This document shows positions 9,940 through 20,361 of a DNA stretch of 64,000 nt, piece after piece. The translations under genes were made by a program, and so were the position numbers. Source of the stretch: an uncultured Verrucomicrobiae bacterium. GTDB taxonomy: Bacteria; Verrucomicrobiota; Verrucomicrobiia; Chthoniobacterales; JAFAMB01. The first letter of the stretch is position 1. Each line of letters starts with the position of its first letter. The stretch is taken from contig CAVXLD010000001.1 in the NCBI GenBank assembly GCA_963762565.1, forward strand, positions 704,001 through 768,000. Direction: 5' to 3'. Below the pieces are notes generated by a model. It did not search any database. It was not told the origin of the DNA and was given only the letters and a program-made list of their open reading frames with translations.

Positions 9940-10502
9940 TCGATTTCTTTGCGGTGTTCGGGCTAGAACCGCGGCCGGTAATCGATGTAGCTGTTCTGAG
10001 CGATTTATTTGCTAGCAAGAGCAAAACCGCTCATCCAGATCGCGCAGCCGACGGCGACTTTGCAACGCTGAACGAGGCGTTCAGGACGCTGAGTGACCCG
10101 ACGTCGAGAATCCGGCATCTTTTGGCGCTGTCAGGTGAAGAACCTAAACTCACGGTAGCCAGCGCCGAAGTCAGCGCCTGGTTCGGGCCGGTGGCAAACG
10201 GTTTGCAGCGATTCGACCCTATACTCCAGGCGCTTTCCCAAGAGACCAGCACACTACTCCGGGCGATCAAGATCCGGGAAAGTCAATCCGTGCTGGCAGA
10301 TTTGGACAAACTATCCGAAGGGCTTACCGGCCAAAAAGAAGGGCTGCTGCAGGCGGTGGCACGGATCGACGCCACATGGTCCGGCGCTGGCGAGACAGAC
10401 CGAGATTCGCTGGCGCAGATCGCGTGTGATTTGCGATTTGTTGAGAAATGGCTTGCCCAGATCGCCGAAAGACGGCTTCGGTTAGCCTGCATCACCGACT
10501 AA
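9936..10502 (+). CDS. hscB: HscB-like J-domain co-chaperone
   Basis: DFFAVFGL...AHPDR...LNEAFRTLSDP; ATGA overlap with iscA; precedes an Hsp70. Confidence 0.8.
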   Translation: MIDFFAVFGLEPRPVIDVAVLSDLFASKSKTAHPDRAADGDFATLNEAFRTLSDPTSRIRHLLALSGEEPKLTVASAEVSAWFGPVANGLQRFDPILQALSQETSTLLRAIKIRESQSVLADLDKLSEGLTGQKEGLLQAVARIDATWSGAGETDRDSLAQIACDLRFVEKWLAQIAERRLRLACITD

Positions 10503-10761
10503 AGCGCGTGCTTTAATCAGTGATGCAGGCTATGGCATCAGAATGTCCGGCTGACGCCCGAACATTCTGCTGCGAATTCTTGGTGCAAGACTCCCAACCC
10601 ATGTGCATCCAATGTCGATGAATATTTACTTAACTCTGAAGATGAAAATCCCAGCGCGAGCGATTTTAGACACCAGCAGAATAGCTCGGCTAAGCCGAGC
10701 TGTTCTGCCATAGCCTGCGTATCTCACAAATCAGTGACGGATTTGTGAGATACGCAGGCTT
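10483..10761. repeat. Array of three TA-delimited palindromic mini-elements
   Basis: TAGCCTGC...GCAGGCTA (10483-10532), TGGCA...TGCCA (10533-10710), TAGCCTGCGTATCTCACAAATC...GATTTGTGAGATACGCAGGCT (10711-10760). Confidence 0.7.
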
Positions 10762-12576
10762 ATGAGTCAAATCGTCGGAATCGACCTAGGCACAACGAAT
10801 TCCCTAATCGGGATCATGGACTCAGGATTTCCTATCCTGCTGGCCGATTCCGATGGGTTCCGTTTGACGCCATCGATCGTGCATTTCCCGGTTTCTGGCG
10901 AACCGCTGATAGGGCGCCCGGCCGGACGGATGAGGGCCATCTCACCTGAGCGAACGGTCTTTTCAGTTAAGCGATTAATGGGGGTTCGTCCTGGTGAGAC
11001 CGGCAAAGACAGTTTTCCATTTCGAGTCGCCGATGCTCAAGGGAAGACCAGCATCGTCATCGGAGACAGAACCGTCACTCCTGAGGAGGTTTCCAGCTTA
11101 ATTCTCCGCAAGCTCAAGGCTGACGCCGAGAGGGTTCTGGGCTACTTGATTGACCGGGCGGTGATCACGGTCCCCGCTTATTTCAACGATTTGCAGCGCC
11201 AGGCCACAAAGAGAGCCGGCGAAGCAGCGGGATTCACAGTCGAGCGCATCATCAATGAACCGACCGCTGCCGCTTTGGCCTACGGACTCGACCGGCTAAA
11301 AGACCGATCCAAGATTGCAGTGTACGATCTTGGCGGCGGTACTTTTGACATTTCGATCCTCGAGCTCAATGAAGGCGTTTTTCGCGTTCTCTCGACTAAC
11401 GGTAACACGCGTTTAGGCGGAGATGATATCGACCGAGACTTGGTTCGTCTCCTCGAAGAACGCATCACTGCCCGCTATCCGGAAATCCTGCGGGACCTGA
11501 AAGAACCATTATTTTCTGCACGCCTCCGCGAGTTAGCACACGATGCCAAGCTAAGATTGTCAGAGGAAAACGCTGTTCAGATCGAGATCCCATTTCTTTC
11601 GGGGAATCGCCGCTTCAGTTATTTGCTTAGCCGCCAGGAGCTGGAAGCAATTACTCGAGCGATCATTCGGCGGACCCGTTCCCATTGTTTGCGGTCGCTG
11701 GACGATGCCAAGGTTGTGCCTCGCGATTTGGATGAGGTTATCCTCGTCGGAGGAGTTACCCGGATGCCGATTGTGCGCCAGTTCGTCGCTGAGATTTTTC
11801 AACGGCTACCGAACACATCTCAAAATCCGGATGAAGCGGTTGCCATCGGCGCCACGATCCAGGCCGGCATCATCTCTGGCGAGATCCAAAGTGTCGTACT
11901 GCTCGATGTGACTCCCTTGTCGCTAGGAGTCGAAACCTTTGGGGGTCTCATGAATGTGATCATCCCGCGAAACACCACGATTCCTTGCAAGGCAGGCGAA
12001 ATGTTCACTAACGCGGTGGCTTACCAGAAATCGATGCGAATCAAAGTCCTTCAAGGAGAGAGGGAACTAGCCAAGGATAACTGGGAGTTAGGAAGTTTTG
12101 AGATCGAATTCGTGCCCGTACCCAAAGGGGTTGCTCGGGTTGGCATCCAGTTTGAGATCGACGCGAACGGAATTCTTCATGTGTTAGCGCGCGACGTCAG
12201 CACCGGCCAACAGACAGTGCTGGATTTAGCTAGCGCGGTTGACGTCTCTAATGAAGCCGTGGAACAGATGATCGCCGAATCCGTCGATCATGCATTTGAG
12301 GATATGTCCGAGCGCGTCTGGACCGAGACCTCAATTAAAAGCAAGGAGCTGCTACCCGCAGTTAAAAGCGCTCTGACATTGGTCGGTGAGCAACTGACTC
12401 CGAAAGACAGGGAAGAAATCGAGGCGTTGGTCAACGCGGTCAGTGAGGCCCTGGAAAGCCAAGACATCCAACGCTTGAGGTCCGCCAATGCAGCGCTAGA
12501 CCGAGGCACACAGCATCTCGCGACACTGCTGATCGACCGTGCCATGTCGGAGGCGGAGAAGCGCCGAGCGGGGTGA
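10762..12576 (+). CDS. hscA: Hsp70-family chaperone, HscA-like by context
   Basis: [35 protein letters not shown]; follows iscA-hscB. Confidence 0.8.
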   Translation: MSQIVGIDLGTTNSLIGIMDSGFPILLADSDGFRLTPSIVHFPVSGEPLIGRPAGRMRAISPERTVFSVKRLMGVRPGETGKDSFPFRVADAQGKTSIVIGDRTVTPEEVSSLILRKLKADAERVLGYLIDRAVITVPAYFNDLQRQATKRAGEAAGFTVERIINEPTAAALAYGLDRLKDRSKIAVYDLGGGTFDISILELNEGVFRVLSTNGNTRLGGDDIDRDLVRLLEERITARYPEILRDLKEPLFSARLRELAHDAKLRLSEENAVQIEIPFLSGNRRFSYLLSRQELEAITRAIIRRTRSHCLRSLDDAKVVPRDLDEVILVGGVTRMPIVRQFVAEIFQRLPNTSQNPDEAVAIGATIQAGIISGEIQSVVLLDVTPLSLGVETFGGLMNVIIPRNTTIPCKAGEMFTNAVAYQKSMRIKVLQGERELAKDNWELGSFEIEFVPVPKGVARVGIQFEIDANGILHVLARDVSTGQQTVLDLASAVDVSNEAVEQMIAESVDHAFEDMSERVWTETSIKSKELLPAVKSALTLVGEQLTPKDREEIEALVNAVSEALESQDIQRLRSANAALDRGTQHLATLLIDRAMSEAEKRRAG

Positions 12577-12579
12577 GAC

Positions 12580-12846
12580 GCGAAACGGCGCACCGGCGAA
12601 AGGGCGAAACGGCGAACCGAGGCGCGAATCGTAGGAGGGCGCGCGTCCTCGCGCGCCGCGACGACGTTCCAGACCTAGAGACGTATTTGATTCCTCGTTC
12701 CGCAAAGACGCTCGACTCTGCGAACAACGGATCGCGGGGACGCGATCCCTCCCCTCGCCCTTTCGCCCTTTCGCCTTTTCGCCCTTTCGCCTTTTCGCCC
12801 TTTCGCCCTTTCGCCCTTTCGCCGGTGCGCCCTTTCGCCGTTTCGC
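12580..12846. repeat. Nested palindrome: GGCGAAA(G/C) 8-mer arms around a GGAG-type REP pair
   Basis: Left arm GCGAAACGGCG...GGCGAAAGGGCGAAACGGCGAA; right arm (TTCGCCCT)n; inner GGAGGGCGCGCGTCCTCGCG (12634) / CGCGGGGACGCGATCCCTCC (ends 12752). Confidence 0.85.
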
Positions 12847-12848
12847 AA

Positions 12849-14132
12849 CTACCGCTCTCCATCCACCCTCGGCAGCCGGATGATAAAAGTGGCTCCTTGG
12901 CCCGGAGCACTCTCCAACTCAACACTTCCACCGTGAGATTGTGCGGTGTGTTTCACGATCGAAAGGCCAAGGCCGGTGCCGCCGGCATCCCGAGAACGAT
13001 CTTTGTGAACTCGATAAAATCTCTCGAAGATGTGAGGCTGATCACTGAGCGGGATTCCCGGGCCATTGTCTCTAACCTTCAGGACGAGTTCGACAGGGGT
13101 AAAATCGACCTCGATCAACACCCTTGGCTGCGATTTACCGCCGTATTTTAAAGCGTTATCAAGCAGATTGAAAATAGCCTGCTCAATTTTGACTTGATCT
13201 GCCTCGATGACGGGTAGATCTGGGGCGATCCTAGTCTCGACCGCGGCGGCTGACGCCTGGATCATCGGTTCGGACTTCTCTAACACCTTTTCAATGCACG
13301 TTTGAAGCTGGAAACGCTCCCAGTTCAGGTGCGGTTCTTGCGATTCCAAGCGAGCAAGCTCAAGCAGATCGTCCACTAGTAGATTGAGCCGCTGAGCGTG
13401 CTTGTGCATGATTGCTAGAAAGCGGCGGCGAGTGGCTGCATCTGGACTTGACTCCAGCAGCGTCTCCAAATATCCGGTCAGGATTGAAAGAGGGGTGCGC
13501 AGTTCGTGTGAGACATTGGCCACAAAATCCTTTCTAACGGCCTCCAGGGATCGAATCTGGGTTACGTCGTGAAACACAACCAAAATGCCGCCTGAACCTT
13601 CCTGTTTTGGCCGGCGCAAACTGACCGAAGTGACTTGAAAATGCTTCGGCACAAACTTGTCACCCTCTCGAATATCAACCGGGATTTCGTTCTCTTGAGG
13701 TTGGTTCGTTTCGACCGTGCTCTGGGCCATTTGATGCAAGAGATGATTCCGAAATACTTCTAAAATCGTGCGCCCTACAGGAACCCTCGAGAAGGAGAAC
13801 ATCCGCTGTAGCCGCTCGTTAACCAGACGGATGGTGAGGTCCGAGTTCGCAACTAGCACGCCCTCGCTCATGCTCCCTAAAATCGCCCGGAGGCTCAGAT
13901 CTTCGTCCGCCACTAGCTGCGTCATTTCCCGTTGCCGGTGTTCGATCCGGCGTAACTGGTGATAGATTTCGCGAACCACCGCTGGTCCCTTTCCGCCAGT
14001 GCTGATTCGCGCCTCTTCCGCCAGACGGCGAGCGTCATTCCGGATACGAACAAGCTCGCGCCACAGGATCCAGGTTGTGACCATGGATCCGCCAAGGAGA
14101 ACTGACAAAGCGATTAGCCAAGTTGTCGTCAC
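12849..14132 (-). CDS. phoR: PhoR-like sensor histidine kinase (TM-PAS-HisKA-HATPase)
   Basis: RKDFVANVSHELRTPL, NLLDNALKY, DNGPGI, IFERFYRV, GGTGLGLSIVKH. Confidence 0.8.
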   Translation of the reverse strand: MTTTWLIALSVLLGGSMVTTWILWRELVRIRNDARRLAEEARISTGGKGPAVVREIYHQLRRIEHRQREMTQLVADEDLSLRAILGSMSEGVLVANSDLTIRLVNERLQRMFSFSRVPVGRTILEVFRNHLLHQMAQSTVETNQPQENEIPVDIREGDKFVPKHFQVTSVSLRRPKQEGSGGILVVFHDVTQIRSLEAVRKDFVANVSHELRTPLSILTGYLETLLESSPDAATRRRFLAIMHKHAQRLNLLVDDLLELARLESQEPHLNWERFQLQTCIEKVLEKSEPMIQASAAAVETRIAPDLPVIEADQVKIEQAIFNLLDNALKYGGKSQPRVLIEVDFTPVELVLKVRDNGPGIPLSDQPHIFERFYRVHKDRSRDAGGTGLGLSIVKHTAQSHGGSVELESAPGQGATFIIRLPRVDGER

Positions 14133-14818
14133 GGTGCCGGATTGGCCAAGAAACGGTATCCTTCACCCCGGATAGTGACAATTCTGTCTGCAGTTTCACC
14201 GAGTTTTTCCCGGAGCCGCCTGATATGGGTGTCCACCGTCCGAGTATCGATAATGTTTTCGTAACCCCAAACGTCTTGCAACAGGGTCTGGCGTGAGAGC
14301 GTGCGTCCTCGCCTTTCCAAAAGAGCAACCAGCAACTTAAACTCAGTGGTGGTCAACTCGAGGCGCTTGCCGCTAACGCTGATCTCGAAGTTGTTTTTAT
14401 CGACGCGGAATTCATCCACGGTGAGAACGGAGGCGGACTCAACCATCCGGAGGCGTCGCAATAAATTCTGGATCCGTAGAACCAGTTCCCTAGGGCTGAA
14501 CGGCTTCGTGAGGTAGTCATCGACACCCAGTTCGAGACCCAGAATACGATCGGAAATTTCGGCTTTAGCAGTAAGAATGACGACAGGAATAGAGGAGGTC
14601 TCAGCTGAAGCTCTGAGTGCCTTAAGCACTTCGATCCCCGTCATGTGAGGGAGCATAATATCGAGAATAATGGCGTCAGGGCGCCGTTCTTTCGCCGCGT
14701 TCAGCCCGCCTGCACCCGTCAGCGCAACGTGGACTTCGAAGCCGGAACGGTGCAAATGATAGCGAACAAGGTCGACTACATCCGGTTCGTCATCTACCAC
14801 TAGGACAGTATTTCGCAT
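14129..14818 (-). CDS. phoB: OmpR/PhoB-family response regulator
   Basis: VLVVDDE, LDIMLP, DDYLTKPFSPREL, RTVDTHIRRLREKLG; overlaps the kinase start by 4 bp. Confidence 0.8.
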   Translation of the reverse strand: MRNTVLVVDDEPDVVDLVRYHLHRSGFEVHVALTGAGGLNAAKERRPDAIILDIMLPHMTGIEVLKALRASAETSSIPVVILTAKAEISDRILGLELGVDDYLTKPFSPRELVLRIQNLLRRLRMVESASVLTVDEFRVDKNNFEISVSGKRLELTTTEFKLLVALLERRGRTLSRQTLLQDVWGYENIIDTRTVDTHIRRLREKLGETADRIVTIRGEGYRFLANPAP

Positions 14819-15036
14819 GCTCTGCCGGAGCGTAGCCCAACCCGATGAGAGCCTTCAAGAAATCGTCCGAAAAAATGATCCGGGCTGCGCACGCCAAGGA
14901 GTAGAAGTCGAGAGAAATCGTGCGCAGACCCGAATCGCCTTAACCAATGATGTAGACAGGCCGCACCAGGGAGTGTTCAAACGTTTCTCTTTTTTTCTTG
15001 CGTCGGGGACCGATTTTTTCGTCAGGCGCCGGTTTT

Positions 15037-15402
<366 letters not shown>

Positions 15403-15468
15403 GCGCCCTGAGGTAGTTGAAATAGGCGGTCAACGCTCGGGCTCTGAGGTGGCAGGCTCTAACCCCCA

Positions 15469-15921
15469 CTACTTCAAACTAACCAGCAGATACGCGGTCT
15501 CGGATCGCCAATTGAGGGGGATAGCGTAGTTCCGTCCTGCGGTACGGAGATCGGCGCTTAACCTCGGACCAACGATAACGGTCGGGACAGAAATCCGGAA
15601 GTCGCTACCGAACTCCTCTCTCGCGTTACCGCTCAGGGTATTCGCGATTTCGCCGACCAGATCCCGCTTTGCAGCGTCGTCGCGCCGGTCGTCTTTGAGG
15701 AGCGATAGAATCGTTTCCAGCATTCCGCCATTCGCCGTAAAACAAACCGCGCCTTGGCAACGCCCACTCACCGGGATGATCCCGGTGTACTCCAATAACG
15801 GACCCAATTCGTCCCGCAAAAAAGGCGGCTCAATGACGAGGGTTGGTTTCGGCTCCAAAGCCTCGAAATACCGGCGGGCCATCGTAATGAAAATCCGGAT
15901 ATCCTGGTCGTTCATTTTCAC
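15469..15921 (-). CDS. cheX: CheX-family phosphatase
   Basis: YTGIIPVSG...G..., DLVGEIANTLSGNA (E-x2-N), FRISVPTVI. Confidence 0.88.
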   Translation of the reverse strand: MKMNDQDIRIFITMARRYFEALEPKPTLVIEPPFLRDELGPLLEYTGIIPVSGRCQGAVCFTANGGMLETILSLLKDDRRDDAAKRDLVGEIANTLSGNAREEFGSDFRISVPTVIVGPRLSADLRTAGRNYAIPLNWRSETAYLLVSLK

Positions 15922-15923
15922 AA

Positions 15924-16283
15924 CTAATCAGTGAGCAGCAACTCAAAGGCTTCCCGTAACTCCTCCGGGTTCATTGGCTTACATAAAAATCCGCGAGCAC
16001 CTCGTTTCAATGCGATCAGCGCGGTAGCCTGGTCGCGCAAGGCGGAAATGATCAAGATCTTAGCCTCCGGGTTGATTTTTAGAAGGTTCTCAAGGCAGGT
16101 CAACCCGTCCATTCTCGGCATTGTGATATCAAGCGTGATCACATCATGCAGTTTCTCTTGATAGAGTCGAACCGCTTCTTCGCCGTCGCCCGCCTGATCC
16201 ACCTCGGTAATATCACCGCTCTCGAGGTCGCGCTGGATGGCCAGCCGGACCACGCTTGAGTCGTCAACAATCAAAAGTCTCAT
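15924..16283 (-). CDS. cheY: Single-domain response regulator (CheY-like)
   Basis: MRLLIVDDS, LDITMPRMDG, IISA, FLCKP; start set at ATG 16283. Confidence 0.85.
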   Translation of the reverse strand: MRLLIVDDSSVVRLAIQRDLESGDITEVDQAGDGEEAVRLYQEKLHDVITLDITMPRMDGLTCLENLLKINPEAKILIISALRDQATALIALKRGARGFLCKPMNPEELREAFELLLTD

Positions 16284-19200
16284 TCGTCGAAATCCTGACA
16301 CGAAACTCAGTAAAACTTCCCATCTTAGACGAAACCTTAATCTCGCCGCCAAGTCGTTTAGCTAGATCTTGCACAGCGTCCAGCCCAACACCGCGGCCAG
16401 CGTCCCGAGTCGATTGTTCGAGGGTAGTAAATCCTGGTTTAAACAACAGATTAGTGAGTTCTGCCTCGCTCCACTGGCCAATCGCCTCCTTGTCGGCATA
16501 CCCAGCTTCTACGGCCCGCCTGCGAAGAGCCGAGAAGTCCAACCCTCTTCCATCGTCTCGCACCCCAAATTCAAAACAATGCGGGTACGGTCGACAAGAG
16601 AAAATGTGAATATCACCGACAGGATGTTTGCCGCTGTTCACCCGCTGAAACGGCAGCTCTACGCCATGAGCAGCGGCATTGCGGACGAGTTGAGTTAAGA
16701 TAGTGTGAACCGTTTCCGATAACGATTTGGGCTCAGCCGGAATTGTTGCAGCCAAATCAAAGGTTACGTGGACTTTTTTGCCGCTCCTGCGGGCGACTTC
16801 TTCCGCAAGCTCGGCCAAAGCATCGAACTCAACATTGTCTGTCGACGATTTGTGGCTGAAGACCTTTTGCATCTCCAGCAATCGATCAATCAGCTCGCGG
16901 GTCATATTGATTCGGTCCCTCATCTGGCCCAGACCGGTGGTAATTGGCAAAAAATGCTCTCCCGAGATTCCTTCTGCTTGCTGGATCGCAACCACCTCCT
17001 CTTCGAGTTGATTCGCCAAATCCTCAAAGTAGGAAAGATGGATCACGGTCGCGTTTCCTTTGATGAGATGGAGTGACCGCAAGATTGTCTGTAAAAGCCG
17101 CCCGTACCTGAGCGAACGCTGTTCCCCTGTCTCCCCGGTTTTGCTGGCAAATTGGCCGGCCTCGAGGGCCTTTACCATGGCATCGGTCTGGATCTCTGTA
17201 TGGGTTAGGAATTCCTGCAAGGTACGCGGATCAACGTGCATGATCCCAAACAACATCTCGATCTGGGTTTGGGCTTTTGCCTCGCTCTCGCGAATTTGGC
17301 GCTTCAACGAGACACTCGTGGTAACGTCCAACACTGTGACCATGATCTGCGTAGGCTTCCCAGCCGCCAGCACCCGATTGAACCGAAACTCTAAGAACCT
17401 TGTCCGGCTAGATCCGGTTGGATCATGTTGCCGGAATTCGACTTCGAGCAAGGGGTTGGTTTGGGCAATCAATTTGTCCTTAATCTTAGGGTTTTGAAGC
17501 AACTCCAGATATAACGTCGTCGCTTCCAGGGTCGCCGGTGCGAGCACCGGCTCCAAGATTTGGCCAGTGGGCCGGAGCAGATCCAGAAAATTGAGTCCCA
17601 CTATTTCGCGGTGAAAAATCTCTATCGTTGCCCTCGAGCAACCGGGTTGAATGATCAGGTCAGGCCCAATCAGGAACAATCCTTCGTTAACCGTCTCCAA
17701 GATCTTCCTGATCTGATTAGTTCCCGCCACCACTTGATCAACCATGGTATTAAATCGCGAAGCCAGGAAACCGACTTCATCCGAAGTCATCACCGGTGCT
17801 CGCGCAGAAAGATCTCCACCCCCGATCTTTTCAGCTGTCGCCACAAGTTGCCCAATGGGACCTAAGAGAAAATGAGAAAAGACGATGATGCCTCCAATCG
17901 CAAATACGAGAATCACCAAGCCGCCGATCGCGACCAGGCGAGCGAGATCTTGGGCCGGCATGAACGCTTCGTCGGTGTCGATCCTGATCACCAAGCCCCA
18001 GTCTAGTTGCGGAAGAGGTAGCATACCGAATACCCCGAGCGATTCCCGGCCCCGTTCGTCGGTAAAAGTTACCTCTCCCATTCCACTTGGCGCTTTACCC
18101 GAAAAGAGCTCATCGACCGCCCGGTTGTGCAAAGGAAAGGCAAGGATCGACGTTCGCCCGTCCGGCAACCCGTTGTCATTGTAGCTGGGAATTGTGAGAG
18201 CGGCCGGCAACTCTTGCAGAAACCGGGATTCGGTTCGCAAGCGCCGGTCCGGCCCCACGATATAAGCTTCCCCGGATCTACCCAAACCAACCTGGGTCCA
18301 GTGCTCGTCAAAGGTGATGATGCTGGTTATCTGACGGCTATCGATCTCGTGTACCAGAACACCCTGCTGTTCGCCCAGCCGGTCACTGATTGCGCAGCCC
18401 AGAAACATCACCGGCCGGTTGTTCTTTGCCGGATAGTCTTCCATATCGGTGACCATCACGTGATCTGCGTCCGGCGAACTACTCGCCCCAGGAGGGCCAT
18501 ACCACGCGCCTACAAAGACTCGCTTAAGGTTGGTGTTAGCTAACCAGCCGCTTAGAACATTGGTGCCCAGATCCCAACTTTTCTTATAGGAGTAAACGAC
18601 ATTGCCCCGGTTATCGATGAAGAGCAGGTCGTTATATCGGTTTCTGCCGACCACAGACTCAATGGACGGCTGATAGCGCTCGACCGCCCTCGCGTAGGTC
18701 GTTTTTGAGAATGCCGCTCGGATCCTCGACACCGGCGAATCGGTGCTGGTGTTTTCTCCGGCGGATTCATTACCCACTCCAGAGCCGAGGCCAGCCGAGC
18801 CTCCTAGCACATACATGTACTGAACGATCACTCCTTCCCGGCTCAGGTCCGTTATTTGAGCGAGAGCCCGCTTGGAAATATCAAGGCCAGACATGGGAGC
18901 GAAATAGTTTTGATAGGCGATTCGCAATTGGTCCCGGAGACTGGCGATTAGTTTATCGTCCACCGACAAACCGGCATCTTCTAGATCATCTATCAGCTCC
19001 TGGTACCCGGCGGACAATTCCGAGGCCGCATATCGGAAAGTCTGGCTCTCAGCCTGGGTGGCGATCCCTCTGCGATGATCGGCGAAGAATCGGGAAATCA
19101 CCTCGGAAAAAGACTCGCGCAACGACCTGAATCCATCGAGCCGGGCCCGTCGCAACGCTCCGGCAGAGAGAAAAAAGGCGGCTGAGGAAAGACCCAGGAT

Positions 19201-19359
19201 CGCGACGCTGAGCAATAACAAGGTAAAAAGCAATAGCTTGTCGCGGATAGACAGGCCACGGCGACCGTCCTCTGGTCGATACTGCGGCAAGGTTGGACTC
19301 AGACCGTTTTGTGGAACCTTCACTCGACAAACGCCCAATCTCACTTTCGAGATTGGCAC
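16264..19359 (-). CDS. Membrane sensor fused to a CheA-like kinase (TM-Cache-TM-HAMP-PAS-like-HPt-HATPase), no CheW domain
   Basis: Two TMs; GLGRSGEAYIVGPD Cache-like motif; HAMP DEVGFLASRFN; HPt RSLHLIKGNA; QLVRNAAAHGVE, DDGRGLD, LFKPGFTT, AGRGVGLDAV; start uncertain. Confidence 0.85.
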   Translation of the reverse strand: MPISKVRLGVCRVKVPQNGLSPTLPQYRPEDGRRGLSIRDKLLLFTLLLLSVAILGLSSAAFFLSAGALRRARLDGFRSLRESFSEVISRFFADHRRGIATQAESQTFRYAASELSAGYQELIDDLEDAGLSVDDKLIASLRDQLRIAYQNYFAPMSGLDISKRALAQITDLSREGVIVQYMYVLGGSAGLGSGVGNESAGENTSTDSPVSRIRAAFSKTTYARAVERYQPSIESVVGRNRYNDLLFIDNRGNVVYSYKKSWDLGTNVLSGWLANTNLKRVFVGAWYGPPGASSSPDADHVMVTDMEDYPAKNNRPVMFLGCAISDRLGEQQGVLVHEIDSRQITSIITFDEHWTQVGLGRSGEAYIVGPDRRLRTESRFLQELPAALTIPSYNDNGLPDGRTSILAFPLHNRAVDELFSGKAPSGMGEVTFTDERGRESLGVFGMLPLPQLDWGLVIRIDTDEAFMPAQDLARLVAIGGLVILVFAIGGIIVFSHFLLGPIGQLVATAEKIGGGDLSARAPVMTSDEVGFLASRFNTMVDQVVAGTNQIRKILETVNEGLFLIGPDLIIQPGCSRATIEIFHREIVGLNFLDLLRPTGQILEPVLAPATLEATTLYLELLQNPKIKDKLIAQTNPLLEVEFRQHDPTGSSRTRFLEFRFNRVLAAGKPTQIMVTVLDVTTSVSLKRQIRESEAKAQTQIEMLFGIMHVDPRTLQEFLTHTEIQTDAMVKALEAGQFASKTGETGEQRSLRYGRLLQTILRSLHLIKGNATVIHLSYFEDLANQLEEEVVAIQQAEGISGEHFLPITTGLGQMRDRINMTRELIDRLLEMQKVFSHKSSTDNVEFDALAELAEEVARRSGKKVHVTFDLAATIPAEPKSLSETVHTILTQLVRNAAAHGVELPFQRVNSGKHPVGDIHIFSCRPYPHCFEFGVRDDGRGLDFSALRRRAVEAGYADKEAIGQWSEAELTNLLFKPGFTTLEQSTRDAGRGVGLDAVQDLAKRLGGEIKVSSKMGSFTEFRVRISTNETFDC

Positions 19360-19470
19360 AAAAGTTGGTAGTTTAACATACGCCGTTCAAAATCCAAAGG
19401 TGAATGATCGAAACGAAAATCCACTTGGCGAATAGGGAAGTTGAGGTAGTCTAAAACTCCCTTGGGAGAC

Positions 19471-19546
19471 GGTGGTCGTAGCTCAATGGTAGAGCCCTGG
19501 ATTGTGGTTCCAGCTGTTGCGGGTTCGAGTCCCGTCGACCACCCCA
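19471..19546 (+). tRNA. tRNA-His(GTG)
   Basis: G-1 plus GTGGTCG/CGACCAC acceptor stem, C discriminator, encoded CCA, anticodon arm CTGGA-TTGTGGT-TCCAG, GGTTCGAGTCC T-arm. Confidence 0.97.
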
Positions 19547-19575
19547 CCGAGCGGGCTCGCCTTATACTTGCCCGC

Positions 19576-19665
19576 AATAGCAAATAGAAAATCGAAAATA
19601 GCAAATAGGGGGTACGCGTCACCCACCGTTGTTTTGCAGGAATTTGCTATCTGCTATTTGCTATT
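19576..19665. repeat. Palindrome with GCAAATA 7-mer arms
   Basis: AATAGCAAATAGAAAATCGAAAATAGCAAATAG / TTTGCTATCTGCTATTTGCTATT; single arm also near 59796-59818. Confidence 0.75.
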
Positions 19666-19715
19666 CTGGGCGAGGCCGAGACGACTCCCTTGCGGGCAAA
19701 ATCAGCCTTCGATCT

Positions 19716-20198
19716 ATGGCACGCACTGCTCCACCTATTGCCATCGAGCCCAGGGATCCACTGGGCCAGGAGGCGCTATTTCTGCTCCATGAAGCCGCGT
19801 TGGAGGCTCGCCAACTTTACCCGGACTTATTCGCTCCGGGGGCGCCGATGCCGACCAACCAGGCGCATAAGTCATGCGACATCTATCTCATCGCATTCTT
19901 GGACGGCAAACCGGTGGGATGTGGGGCTCTAAGGAAATTCGACGAGACAACGGCTGAAGTGCGCCGGATGTATGTCCTTAAGGAAGCCCGCCGGGCTGGT
20001 ATCGGTCAGGCAATTTTAGCCCGGCTGGAAGAGGGGGCCCTTCGTCTTGGGTACACAATGCTCGTCCTTGAAACCGGCAACCGCCAACACCCTGCGATGA
20101 GTTTATATGAATCCTACGGCTTCACCCGAATCCCGGCATTCGGTTCGTACGTCAATGATCCAGTTAGCGTTTGTTATTCCAAGAGGGTGGTAGGGTAA
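19716..20198 (+). CDS. GNAT-family N-acetyltransferase
   Basis: VGCGALR, AEVRRMYV, ARRAGIGQAIL, LETGNRQ, LYESYGF. Confidence 0.92.
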   Translation: MARTAPPIAIEPRDPLGQEALFLLHEAALEARQLYPDLFAPGAPMPTNQAHKSCDIYLIAFLDGKPVGCGALRKFDETTAEVRRMYVLKEARRAGIGQAILARLEEGALRLGYTMLVLETGNRQHPAMSLYESYGFTRIPAFGSYVNDPVSVCYSKRVVG

Positions 20199-20210
20199 GA
20201 TGCCATGCCC

Positions 20211-20255
20211 GGGAGGGATCGCGTCCTCGCGGCGCGCGGGGACGCGCGCCCTCCC
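20211..20255. repeat. GGAG-type REP doublet
   Basis: GGGAGGGATCGCGTCCTCGCG-GCG-CGCGGGGACGCGCGCCCTCCC; same family as 12634 and 32250. Confidence 0.8.
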
Positions 20256-20361
20256 GGCATGCGACCGCCTCCCCGCAACGAGAACGAACCACCCCCTCCC
20301 CCAAATCTGAGATTGTGTTTAACCCGATTTTTTGGTCCAAAGACGAGTTGCTTTCCATCCC

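Noticed and set aside
12440..13151. ORFs 12440-12931 (-) and 12573-13151 (+) with AKGRKGE/SPFRPFA repeats
   Set aside because: Translations of the 8-mer DNA repeat that overlap hscA or phoR.
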